64,000 bases of DNA. It comes from Candidatus Gastranaerophilales bacterium (GTDB taxonomy: Bacteria > Cyanobacteriota > Vampirovibrionia > Gastranaerophilales > Gastranaerophilaceae). The notes under the pieces are model-generated. The model searched no databases and had not been told where the DNA came from. It was given only the letters and a program-made list of their open reading frames with translations. Positions 47,457 through 55,950 of this stretch are shown in pieces. Numbering within the stretch: the first letter of the stretch is position 1; each line of letters opens with the position of its first letter. Position numbers and translations under genes: made by a program. The stretch covers positions 15,062 through 79,061 of the forward strand of contig CALUUJ010000004.1 of NCBI GenBank assembly GCA_944323935.1. Reading direction: 5' to 3'.

Positions 47457-48434
47457 TTAATTTGCTCCTTTTTTTTCACTTTTGAATTTCATCATATGCT
47501 CTGCTCTCTCATATAATTCGTACTTTAAACCTAAACTTTCCGCTTTTTCTTTTGCAAAATTAAAAAATTCAATGATATTATCAGGAACATTTTCTCTTCG
47601 TGCATAAAACCATTTTGATTCAATCTCGTGCAAAACACAATTAATCCCGTTATCTTTTGCTTTTTTTAACCAAAGTTCAATTTCTTCTTTACTGTCATTG
47701 ACTCCTGGAATTAAGATATATTTAACCTTAACAGCAAAAGGATCTTTCTGGTGAGAAGCATACCTTTTTAAGTTTTTCCATACTTTATCATAAGACTTAA
47801 CTTGTTTTACTTCTTCATGCATTTGTTTTGAACCTGCATCAACAGAAACTATAAGATCAACACGACCATTTTTTAAGCCTTTTTCTATTGCTCTCGAATA
47901 TTTTATACAAGAAGAATGTATACGTGTAAGCGGGAATCCAGCTTCCATAAATATATGCAATAATTTATCAAATTCTTTTAATAAAGTTACTTCTCCACCC
48001 CCAAAACTAACGTGTCCATTTGGTCTTAAAATATCTCTTTTTATCATATCTTTTAGTATCGGAAGAAAATTATAATTTTTAAAACGATTATAGGCATCTT
48101 TATCTGCCATAGTATGGCAATATGAGCATCTGGAATTACACTTTGTCCAATAATCAAGATTTATCATACTAATCTTTGTATGATCATCCGGCCAATCCCT
48201 TTCTTCTAAGAATATGCACCCATCACATTTAGGATAAACTTTTCCGCTCTTATGAATATCTTTCATTTGTTTTTTAAAAGAAAAAAATTCATCCCAATCT
48301 ACAGGCTCGCCTTTGTAATTATCTTTTACAATTGTATTTCCGCCACCTTTTGCGCTATATAAACAACATACTTTATATGCATCTCTATCAAAATTTATTC
48401 CGGATTCTATCCAATAACAACTCTTATAACGCAA
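47457..48434 (-). CDS. Radical SAM enzyme with N-terminal Cys-rich module (paralog P4)
   Basis: Has CNSRCSYC at residues 99-106, FGGGEVTL, IHSSCIKYSRAIEKG and LIPGVNDSKEE. N-terminal Cys are at 6, 23, 24, 70 and 73. It uses a TTG start with an AAGAGGGA SD and abuts P3 with no gap. Confidence 0.8.
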   Translation of the reverse strand: MRYKSCYWIESGINFDRDAYKVCCLYSAKGGGNTIVKDNYKGEPVDWDEFFSFKKQMKDIHKSGKVYPKCDGCIFLEERDWPDDHTKISMINLDYWTKCNSRCSYCHTMADKDAYNRFKNYNFLPILKDMIKRDILRPNGHVSFGGGEVTLLKEFDKLLHIFMEAGFPLTRIHSSCIKYSRAIEKGLKNGRVDLIVSVDAGSKQMHEEVKQVKSYDKVWKNLKRYASHQKDPFAVKVKYILIPGVNDSKEEIELWLKKAKDNGINCVLHEIESKWFYARRENVPDNIIEFFNFAKEKAESLGLKYELYERAEHMMKFKSEKKGAN

Positions 48435-48484
48435 AATAAATCCCTCTTATAATTATAATTTTATCATAAGCGATTTAAAATGTG

Positions 48485-48509
48485 AAAGGCATTCTTATTG
48501 AATGCCTTT
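48485..48509 (-). terminator. Hairpin spanning the stop codon of the 449-aa gene (possible weak terminator/attenuator before the radical SAM trio)
   Basis: Has a 10-bp stem, aaaggcattc (48485-48494) with gaatgccttt (48500-48509), and a 5-nt loop containing the TAA. The downstream U-tract on the minus strand is interrupted (CACAUUUU). Confidence 0.4.
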
Positions 48510-49844
48510 TTTCTTATATTTTTTAATGTCTTCTGCAACGTGGAATTTTGTTGTTCCTGTTTTAATTTCTCTGTATTTGTAAACAGCTTTTGGGATAAGG
48601 TAGCCTAAAATTACGCAAGATATGCCAATATTTGCCATTACAGATGCTACTTTTAAACCTTTTGCTTTGTTTAAAAAGTTTTTAACTGGAATATTTGCTG
48701 TTTTATAAGATTCTTCCATTAATGTCATATTCTGAGCAAGACTATTCAAAGCTTTCATATCAATGAATTTTGATGTATCAACAACAGCATTCCCTGCCTT
48801 ATCTTTTACGGTAGAAACTATTTTGGATTTTTTTGCAGCCTGAACTAGAGAATTATCTGGATTTTCTATTATAAAGTTCAGTTTTTCTGTAAGAGATTTT
48901 GTTAGTGGTGCTTTTGCTACATCAGCTGAAATTTTACCATTTTTTAATGCTTCCGTAAATTGTCCATCCATTAATACATCTATTGGCAAATCTATTGGTG
49001 TTTTTAATACTTTTGATGAAAACTTATTTATTCCATCTTCAATCATTCCACCAAATTTATATAAAAAGAATAAAAAGCTCCCTTCTTTTATTGCATGTTC
49101 GAAGAATTCTGTTTTATTTCTTGAACAAGCAAGTCTTTCGGTTGTAATACCTGCATCAATAATTTTCATATTATGAACAGGATTAAACATTATTGCATCA
49201 GAAACATTTTTTACAACACCTTTGAATGATGGTGCTTTTTCATTTTGTTTGCTATTTGAGGTAAAATCCTTAAATGAAGAAAATACACCTGAATCATCTT
49301 TAGGAGAACTGATAAAGGTATCTTTCATTTCTTTCTTCATGTCATTTATTACAGTATTTTTAGTATTCTTTTGTTTAGTTTTTGTAAGCAAAAAGAAAGT
49401 CGCTAAAGTTAAGGCTGTAGCAGCAATTATTTTCCCTTTATAGAGATTTTTTGCTTTTGTACCACCATCTTTCAAACAATCTGAAAGTGCTTGCTTTACA
49501 GTTTGAGTTTTAGAGTTTGACATTATCCCTTTAGCATTTTCTAACGCCCAAGTTGAATACTCTTTATCTGCAATGATTCTCGGATCTACTGCGGGATTTA
49601 TTTTTGCAGCTTTATATGCAGTCCATTCAATTAATTTTTTATAGAAAGGAATCCCGCCAATCCAAATAGCTTGAGTTCCAAACTCATCAATGGCTCTGTC
49701 GATCCCTTCAACTTTACCGCCTTCTTTAAATGATTTGTATGTAAGACTTGTGCTGTCCACACCGTCTTTTACCATAATAGGTATTAATGAATCTTTATTT
49801 CCTAGTGTTGATATAACTTTTGTAGTAATAGCTTGTATGGTCAT
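48495..49844 (-). CDS. Hypothetical membrane-associated protein (449 aa), no recognisable family
   Basis: Is a long ORF with an AGGA SD. It has at least two strongly hydrophobic helices (IIAATALTLATFFLL, VASVMANIGISCVILGYLIP). I recognise no catalytic motifs. Confidence 0.6.
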   Translation of the reverse strand: MTIQAITTKVISTLGNKDSLIPIMVKDGVDSTSLTYKSFKEGGKVEGIDRAIDEFGTQAIWIGGIPFYKKLIEWTAYKAAKINPAVDPRIIADKEYSTWALENAKGIMSNSKTQTVKQALSDCLKDGGTKAKNLYKGKIIAATALTLATFFLLTKTKQKNTKNTVINDMKKEMKDTFISSPKDDSGVFSSFKDFTSNSKQNEKAPSFKGVVKNVSDAIMFNPVHNMKIIDAGITTERLACSRNKTEFFEHAIKEGSFLFFLYKFGGMIEDGINKFSSKVLKTPIDLPIDVLMDGQFTEALKNGKISADVAKAPLTKSLTEKLNFIIENPDNSLVQAAKKSKIVSTVKDKAGNAVVDTSKFIDMKALNSLAQNMTLMEESYKTANIPVKNFLNKAKGLKVASVMANIGISCVILGYLIPKAVYKYREIKTGTTKFHVAEDIKKYKKKGIQ

Positions 49845-49868
49845 CTTTTTTCCTTTTTATTTATCTAA

Positions 49869-49952
49869 TTACAAGCCCCAAATTAAATTTCTCAATTTGA
49901 CAAACGGGGTATTTGCCTTTTTGTATTTTTCTGCTCGTCGTAAATTTTTCAA
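49869..49952 (-). CDS. Candidate small ORF (27 aa, MKNLRRAEKYKKANTPFVKLRNLIWGL), unverified
   Basis: Has a TTG start preceded by AAAGGAG with 7-nt spacing. It lies between the upstream terminator and the 449-aa gene. It is too short for compositional support. Confidence 0.25.
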   Translation of the reverse strand: MKNLRRAEKYKKANTPFVKLRNLIWGL

Positions 49953-49973
49953 TTTTCTTCTCCTTTAATCAAT

Positions 49974-50005
49974 AAAAAGCCTTCTTTTGAACAAGAAGGC
50001 TTTTT
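49974..50005. terminator. Intrinsic terminator hairpin (bidirectional geometry)
   Basis: Has stem gccttctt (49979-49986) with aagaaggc (49993-50000) and a 6-nt loop, flanked by AAAAA and TTTTT. Confidence 0.7.
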
Positions 50006-50033
50006 AAATATTGTCATAACAAAATCGTTACGA

Positions 50034-50087
50034 TTATCTCGTAAAGCCTCCTAATCTATAGCTGCGTCGATTTTGTATGAATTTCAT
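50034..50087 (-). CDS. Candidate micro-ORF / leader peptide (17 aa, MKFIQNRRSYRLGGFTR), unverified
   Basis: Has an ATG with an AGAGG SD at 7-nt spacing. An extended -10 box TGtTATAAT (50113-50105) lies upstream, and the terminator at 49974-50005 follows about 30 nt after the stop. Confidence 0.3.
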   Translation of the reverse strand: MKFIQNRRSYRLGGFTR

Positions 50088-50154
50088 GTTTTTACCTCTA
50101 TCATATTATAACATATAAAACATAAAAATAATTTTTTTGCTATTTAATCTAATT

Positions 50155-50649
50155 TTATTCTGAAACTTCTACAGTTTCTTCAATTTCTTCTTTTAATACT
50201 TCAGAAGCTGTAACATTAACACCAAGTGTAACTTTTACTTTAGATGTTAATTTAATTGTCATGTTAAAACTTCCTAATTTATTAATTGGAGCATCTAAAG
50301 AAATTGTTTTTCTGTCTATATCTAAATTTGTTTTAGCTTTGATTTCTTCTGCTAATCTTTTTGTAGTAATAGCACCAAATAATTTTCCGGATTCTCCTGC
50401 TTTTGCTGAAAATTCAATTAAACCAAGTTCTTCTATTTTCTTTGCCATTTCTAAAGCTTCAGCATGTAATTTTTCTTGTTTTGCTTTTATTCTTGCTAAA
50501 TTTTTCTCTCTATTTTCTTTAGCACCTTTTGTTGCTATTTCAGCAAAATTTTGTGGTAATAAGAAGTTTCTTGCATAACCATCTTTTACGTTTACAATAT
50601 CACCTGCTTCACCAATATTTTGCACGTCTTTTTTAAGAATTACTTCCAT
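50155..50649 (-). CDS. rplI: 50S ribosomal protein L9
   Basis: The N-terminus MEVILKKDVQNIGEAGDIVNVKDGYARNFLLPQ is diagnostic. It also has a long central helix and a C-terminal domain. Confidence 0.92.
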   Translation of the reverse strand: MEVILKKDVQNIGEAGDIVNVKDGYARNFLLPQNFAEIATKGAKENREKNLARIKAKQEKLHAEALEMAKKIEELGLIEFSAKAGESGKLFGAITTKRLAEEIKAKTNLDIDRKTISLDAPINKLGSFNMTIKLTSKVKVTLGVNVTASEVLKEEIEETVEVSE

Positions 50650-50767
50650 TTTATATCTCCTTAACTGTATTTTGTCGAATAAGTATTAAAATCATAATAA
50701 AAACATAACATTTTGTCACGTTTATATTAATAAATTTAACTGTAGTTAATGTTTTAGCTTTTATATT

Positions 50768-50968
50768 TTATTCAACAATTGCAGCATTAAGGTCCTCAAC
50801 CATTTTATCTGGATCAATACCATGAACTTTTGCACCTGCTTCTAAATTTTCAAATCTTGCAGCTGCACAACCAATACAACCGAACCCATATTTTTGAAAG
50901 ACTTCTATTGTTTCGGGATGTGCTTGTAATACTTCTATAATACCCATATCTTTCGTAATTTTTGTCAT
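50768..50968 (-). CDS. DUF1858 / hybrid-cluster-protein-associated redox disulfide protein
   Basis: Is 66 aa. ITKDMGIIEVLQAHPETIEVFQKYGFGCIGCAAARFENLEAGAKVHGIDPDKMVEDLN matches the family pattern, including the CxxC. Confidence 0.75.
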   Translation of the reverse strand: MTKITKDMGIIEVLQAHPETIEVFQKYGFGCIGCAAARFENLEAGAKVHGIDPDKMVEDLNAAIVE

Positions 50969-51139
50969 TTAAGTATCCTTTCCTTGCTTTTTTTTTCTTT
51001 ATCATTAAAAATTATACATCAAAAGTATTGGAAAGGTGTATATGGTCAAGTTTATTATTGATATTTTTTGTAAAGATACTATTATTGGTTTATCTCAATT
51101 TGATGATATTCGTAAAAATCGCCTATATAAAAATAAATA

Positions 51140-51167
51140 TTCTCCACTTTTTAAAAAAGTGAAGAAT
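51140..51167 (-). terminator. Imperfect hairpin downstream of the nuclease gene (probable terminator)
   Basis: Has stem ttctccactttt with aaaagtgaagaa (one G-U equivalent) followed by a U-rich tract on the minus strand. Confidence 0.45.
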
Positions 51168-51192
51168 ACTAAAATAAATTTTAATCCTCTTT

Positions 51193-51702
51193 TTATTGAT
51201 CAGACTGTTTGTCATCCTTAAGTAATTTCTCAAAATCTGATGGTTTTATACTCTGAATAAAATTTCTAAATTCTTGAGACTCGGCTTCATCTTTTTCACT
51301 ATCACAAGATACGCTACCATCTGCTAAAACTTTGGCTGAAACAAAAATTGGCGCATCGACTCTTATTGCTACAGCAATAGCATCTGATGGTCTGGAATCT
51401 ATGGTAACTTCTTTTCCTTCATCATTTATTAAATATATTGTTGAGAAATAAGTTTCTTTTTCTACATCGTTAATTTCTATTCTATCAACACTATAACCTG
51501 TTTTATCTATAACATCAATTATCAAATCGTGCGTCATTGGCCGCAGTACTTTTATATTTTCGATTTTTCTTATAATAGCACTTGCTTCTGCGCTTCCTAT
51601 CCATATCGGAAGCGCTTTTCTATTATCTTTATCATTTAAAACTATTATAGGTGAACCGCTTGCTGTATCGATTGCTATACCCATAACCTTCATTTCTATC
51701 AT
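51193..51702 (-). CDS. Bifunctional nuclease (BFN/DUF151) family protein
   Basis: Has VMGIAIDTASGSPIIVLNDKDNRKALPIWIGSAEASAI and RPMTHDL, typical of the BFN domain, plus an acidic C-terminal tail. Confidence 0.75.
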   Translation of the reverse strand: MIEMKVMGIAIDTASGSPIIVLNDKDNRKALPIWIGSAEASAIIRKIENIKVLRPMTHDLIIDVIDKTGYSVDRIEINDVEKETYFSTIYLINDEGKEVTIDSRPSDAIAVAIRVDAPIFVSAKVLADGSVSCDSEKDEAESQEFRNFIQSIKPSDFEKLLKDDKQSDQ

Positions 51703-51713
51703 GTCTTTTATCC

Positions 51714-52466
51714 TTATAGTAATTTTGTTAGTATTTCCGGCCCATCATCTGTTACATGTACTGTATGTTCAAAATGAGCTGAAGCTTTTTTATCTTTAGT
51801 TACAACAGTCCATTCATCATCAAGAACTATTACATCATCACAGCCCAGATTTAGCATTGGTTCTATTGCTATTGTCATTCCTTTTTGTAAAATCAGTTTA
51901 TTGTTAGTTCTGTAATTGAATACAAACGGATCTTCATGCATTTCTCGACCTACACCGTGACCGCCATATTGTCTTACTATTCCCAAATTATATTTTTTTG
52001 CAACATCTTCTATTGCACCTGCAACATTTTCGAGTCTGTCATTACTTTTCATATGCTCTAAGCCGGAAAATAATGATTCTTCAGTAGCTTTTAACAACAT
52101 CTTTTTTTCTTCTGAAATTTCTCCTACAGCATATGTCCAAGCACTATCTCCGACAAAACCTTTATATGTTGCACCTATATCTATACTTATTATATCTCCG
52201 TTTTTTAATACTACATCATTAGATGGAATCCCATGTACAACTTGTTCATTTATTGAGGCACATATTGTTCCTGGGAAACCATGATACCCAAGAAATGTAG
52301 GGTCAGCTTTATTGCTTTTAATTATTTTATATGCTATTTCATCAAGTTCTTTTGTAGTTACACCTTCTTTTACAGCTTCTTTCATTGCTACATGTACTAA
52401 TGCCACAATATTTCCTGCTTGTTTCATTAGATTAACTTCAAATTTTGATTTTCTATGTATAGACAT
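51714..52466 (-). CDS. map: Methionine aminopeptidase, type I
   Basis: Has a 250-aa pita-bread fold with metal ligands in context (DIGATYKGFVGDSAWTY, GHGVGREMHE, IEPM, FEHTV). Confidence 0.9.
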   Translation of the reverse strand: MSIHRKSKFEVNLMKQAGNIVALVHVAMKEAVKEGVTTKELDEIAYKIIKSNKADPTFLGYHGFPGTICASINEQVVHGIPSNDVVLKNGDIISIDIGATYKGFVGDSAWTYAVGEISEEKKMLLKATEESLFSGLEHMKSNDRLENVAGAIEDVAKKYNLGIVRQYGGHGVGREMHEDPFVFNYRTNNKLILQKGMTIAIEPMLNLGCDDVIVLDDEWTVVTKDKKASAHFEHTVHVTDDGPEILTKLL

Positions 52467-52467
52467 T

Positions 52468-53124
52468 TTATTTTATTGCTCCTGTAAGATTTTTATATAT
52501 TGTATCTATATCTAAGCTTGCATCTAACTTGGTTAATAGCCCTCTATCAGCATATAATTTGATTAATGGTTCTGTTTGTTCAAAATATGTTGCGAATCTT
52601 TTTGTTGCAACTTCTTCTGTATCATCATCTCTTCTTATTAAAGCCCCACCACATTTCTCACACTTTGTTTCCTCTTTTAATTTCATCGTTTTTAAATTAT
52701 ATATTGCACCACATTTGCTGCAAGAACGTCTATTTACAAGCCTTTCTACCAATTTTTCTTGTGCTACCTCAAAGTAAAATACTTGTGGATTTATATTATT
52801 ATCTTTATCTATTTCAGCTAAAATATCATCCAAAGCATAGGCTTGTTCTAAACTTCTTGGGTATCCGTCTAAAATAAAACCATTAACACAATCTTCTTTT
52901 AATAATCTATTCTTTATTATTTTTGAAACCAACTCAATTGGAACAAGCTGTCCTTTTTCCATATAACTGTTAGCTAGTTTTCCTTCTTCACTCCCAGACG
53001 CTACAGCCTCTCTCAATAATGAACCTGTGTCTATATGCGGAAGATTATATTCTTTTGATAAAATTTTTGTTTGTGTGCCTTTACCGCTTCCCGGTGGTCC
53101 AATAAATATAAATTCTTTTTTCAT
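52468..53124 (-). CDS. adk: Adenylate kinase (long form with Zn-binding lid)
   Basis: Has P-loop GPPGSGKGTQ and lid CSKCGAIYN...CEKCGGALIRRDDD. Confidence 0.92.
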   Translation of the reverse strand: MKKEFIFIGPPGSGKGTQTKILSKEYNLPHIDTGSLLREAVASGSEEGKLANSYMEKGQLVPIELVSKIIKNRLLKEDCVNGFILDGYPRSLEQAYALDDILAEIDKDNNINPQVFYFEVAQEKLVERLVNRRSCSKCGAIYNLKTMKLKEETKCEKCGGALIRRDDDTEEVATKRFATYFEQTEPLIKLYADRGLLTKLDASLDIDTIYKNLTGAIK

Positions 53125-53188
53125 ATTTTTGTCCTCGTGTCTTATATGTCTATCTAGTTAATTATATCACATCAAATTTTTTTGAATT

Positions 53189-53228
53189 AAAAAAGATGAA
53201 CCCTTTCAGGTTCATCTTTTGTTTTTTT
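53189..53228 (-). terminator. Intrinsic terminator between secY and adk
   Basis: Has an 11-bp stem, aaagatgaacc (53192-53202) with ggttcatcttt (53209-53219), and a 6-nt loop. On the minus strand it is followed by a U-run. Confidence 0.65.
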
Positions 53229-53233
53229 ATTTT

Positions 53234-54577
53234 TTATTGTTTCAGAAAACTTTCATAATTTTTGGGTAGTAAGTTAGTTCTGACTTGATTTATAAAATCT
53301 AAAGCAACACCAACCATAATTATTAATGAAGTAGCTCCAATACCTTGAAGTGTTGTTATTCCTGTAATATTACATGCGATTGAAGGTATTAATGCAATTG
53401 TTGCAAGAGCTAATGCTCCAATAAAAGTAGTTTTACTTAAAATTTTATCCAACGCTTCTGCAGTTGGCTTTCCTGGTTTAATTCCGGGTATTGAAGAACC
53501 ATATTTCTTCAAATTCGTTGCAATTTCTTTAGGTTGTAAATTGGGAATTATTGATGCATAGAAAAATGTTAATCCAAATATAAGCAAAAAGTATATAATA
53601 TTGTATGTTATCTTTGATGGACTTAAAAAATTAGACAATGATATTATAATATTTCTCAATACTTCATTACTTATATTAGCTTGACCAAATAATCCCAATA
53701 TTGTTGTAGGGAACAACAAAATTGCAATAGCAAAGATTATTGGCATAACACCACCCGGATTTAATTTAAACGGAATATAAGTATTTGTTCCGCCATATAC
53801 TTTATTTCCGACCTGTCTTCTAGGATTAACAATGATTACTTTTCTTGCAGATTCTTGCATTATTACAATGAAAACCATTGTTGCAAAGAAAATAAGCAAT
53901 AATAACAATAATCCCGGCTGTAATGAAGAATTACCGCTTACAAGTGTTGCTGTTTGGCCGGCATAAAAAGGTATTTTTGAAATAATACCACAGAAAATTA
54001 GCATTGATGCACCATTTCCGATACCACGTTCTGTCATCAATTCGGCCATCCACATTGTAAAAGCAGAACCAGCTGTTAATATCACTATAGAACCAATAGC
54101 AAACGATATTATATTTACATCAGGCATTATTGCACCGCGAGCAGTTTTTGTAAGATAAGCTACAAATATTAAAGCCTGAATAGCCGCAATTATTATGGTA
54201 AAAATACGAGTGTACTGTGATAATTTTCTTCTTCCAGCTTCACCCTCTTCTTTCTGCAACTGTTCTAAGTGTGGTATTACTACAGCTAATAACTGCATAA
54301 TAATTGATGCTGTTATATATGGACCAATACCAAGTGCTATTATAGATACATTCCCAAGCGCACCGCCTGAGAACATATCCAAAAAGCCAATAAGATTATT
54401 TGTAGCAGCAAGATTTGCAAAGTTTTGACCATCAATTCCAAATAGCGGCAATTGTGCACAAAGTCTGAAAATCATAATCATTACTAAAGTAAAGATTATT
54501 TTTGTTCTCAAACCTGCAATATTTAAATTTGATAACATTGCCTGCAAATTTTGCTGATTTGGCGTATATTGTTGCAT
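53234..54577 (-). CDS. secY: Preprotein translocase subunit SecY
   Basis: Is a 447-aa 10-TM protein with SecY signatures (LGIGPYITASIIMQLL, GRRKLSQYTR, NPGGVMPIIFA) at the spc-operon position after rplO. Confidence 0.92.
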   Translation of the reverse strand: MQQYTPNQQNLQAMLSNLNIAGLRTKIIFTLVMIMIFRLCAQLPLFGIDGQNFANLAATNNLIGFLDMFSGGALGNVSIIALGIGPYITASIIMQLLAVVIPHLEQLQKEEGEAGRRKLSQYTRIFTIIIAAIQALIFVAYLTKTARGAIMPDVNIISFAIGSIVILTAGSAFTMWMAELMTERGIGNGASMLIFCGIISKIPFYAGQTATLVSGNSSLQPGLLLLLLIFFATMVFIVIMQESARKVIIVNPRRQVGNKVYGGTNTYIPFKLNPGGVMPIIFAIAILLFPTTILGLFGQANISNEVLRNIIISLSNFLSPSKITYNIIYFLLIFGLTFFYASIIPNLQPKEIATNLKKYGSSIPGIKPGKPTAEALDKILSKTTFIGALALATIALIPSIACNITGITTLQGIGATSLIIMVGVALDFINQVRTNLLPKNYESFLKQ

Positions 54578-55038
54578 TATACTAACTGAGCCTTTCCACC
54601 TGCTTTTTCAATTTTTTCTTTTGCTGATTCTGTAAAATATCTAGCGCTAACTTTAACAGCTTTAGTTAATTCTCCGTTACCTAATACTCTTAACGCTTCA
54701 GCCTTTGAACTAACTTTTCCTTCTGCTTTTAATGATTCTAATGTGATTTCGTCAGCTTGTACATTAGCCAACTCACTTACATTGATTGCAGCGTAACATA
54801 TTGCATTAAAGTTCTTAAAGCCTTTTAATTTCGGCATTTGTCTGTAACCGGGCATTTGACCGCCTTCAAATCCTCTTTTAGAAGATCTTCCGGCTCTTTG
54901 ACCTTCACCATTATTTCCGCGACAAGATGTTTTTCCCCAGCCTGATGATCTTCCTCGACCTACTCTTTTTATTTTTCCGGTAGAACCTTCAGCCGGTCTT
55001 AAGTCTTCTATTTTTATTCTGTCTGTCATTTCATTCAC
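54577..55038 (-). CDS. rplO: 50S ribosomal protein L15
   Basis: Has LRPAEGS..KRVGRGRSSGWGKTSCRGNNGEGQRAG, typical of L15. It has a 1-nt overlap with secY. Confidence 0.9.
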   Translation of the reverse strand: MNEMTDRIKIEDLRPAEGSTGKIKRVGRGRSSGWGKTSCRGNNGEGQRAGRSSKRGFEGGQMPGYRQMPKLKGFKNFNAICYAAINVSELANVQADEITLESLKAEGKVSSKAEALRVLGNGELTKAVKVSARYFTESAKEKIEKAGGKAQLV

Positions 55039-55046
55039 CTTTCCTA

Positions 55047-55229
55047 CTACTCAGCTACTTTTAATAAATGAGGAATAGCATTTACCATACCCATAATTAC
55101 AGCTGAATTTTCGTGTTCTACTGTTTGATCTTTTTTCGTTAAGCCTAGAGCTTTTGCAACTCTTCTTTGCTTTTCTGTTGAACCTATCAGGCTCTTTACT
55201 AATGTTATTTTTACTTTTTTATTTGCCAT
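55047..55229 (-). CDS. rpmD: 50S ribosomal protein L30
   Basis: Is 60 aa. KITLVKSLIGSTEKQRRVAKALGL matches L30. It sits between rpsE and rplO. Confidence 0.88.
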   Translation of the reverse strand: MANKKVKITLVKSLIGSTEKQRRVAKALGLTKKDQTVEHENSAVIMGMVNAIPHLLKVAE

Positions 55230-55242
55230 TATTCAATTCCTC

Positions 55243-55782
55243 TTAGTTAAGCATATCTTTTAATGATAGACCACGTCTTTTTGCAACTACATCAAATGGT
55301 TTTAATGCTTTTAATGCATCTAATGTTGCATGTGCTGCATTTAATGGTGACTTAGAACCTAATGATTTACTCAAAATATTTTCTACTCCTGCCAATTCTA
55401 ATACAGCACGAACTGCACCACCTGCAATAACCCCGGTACCTTGTGAAGCTGGTTTCAACATTACACTACCTGCTCCTGAACGTCCTGTTATCGGATGTGG
55501 TATTGTTGTTTTATATATAGGTACATTAATAAGATTTTTTCTTCCGTCTGCAACAGCTTTTTGTATGGCAATAATTACTTCAGAAGCTTTGGCACAACCA
55601 ACACCAACTTGTCCGTTCTTATTTCCAACAACAACTATTGCTCTAAAACTTAATTTCTTACCACCCTTAACAACTTTGGTAACTCTTCTTACTTGAATTA
55701 CTTGTTCTTTCCATTCTGTCTGTTGTGGTTCAGAAGTTGTTTCAATTTTTCTTTTTTTAGATTTTACTTTTGTTTCTTCCAC
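55243..55782 (-). CDS. rpsE: 30S ribosomal protein S5
   Basis: Has [34 protein letters not shown] and [18 protein letters not shown]. It uses a GTG start. Confidence 0.92.
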   Translation of the reverse strand: MEETKVKSKKRKIETTSEPQQTEWKEQVIQVRRVTKVVKGGKKLSFRAIVVVGNKNGQVGVGCAKASEVIIAIQKAVADGRKNLINVPIYKTTIPHPITGRSGAGSVMLKPASQGTGVIAGGAVRAVLELAGVENILSKSLGSKSPLNAAHATLDALKALKPFDVVAKRRGLSLKDMLN

Positions 55783-55950
55783 TTTAATAACCTTTCTCTA
55801 AGTTTTAAATTTATCCTTAAAAATAAAAAAACATGACCAAAAGGCTTTGACTTATCTTAGCATAAGAACCTTTTTAACATGTTATATGTTGGATTTTGTT
55901 TTTTCTGACATAATTTATCTTATTATAAAAATTTTTTTTTGCAATACTTT

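Noticed and set aside
50969-51192. Two overlapping ~60-aa plus-strand ORFs (50962..51162, 51036..51221) in the spacer between the DUF1858 and nuclease genes.
   Set aside because: Their translations are low-complexity, there is no SD, and the region is better explained as the promoter and terminator spacer for the flanking minus-strand genes.
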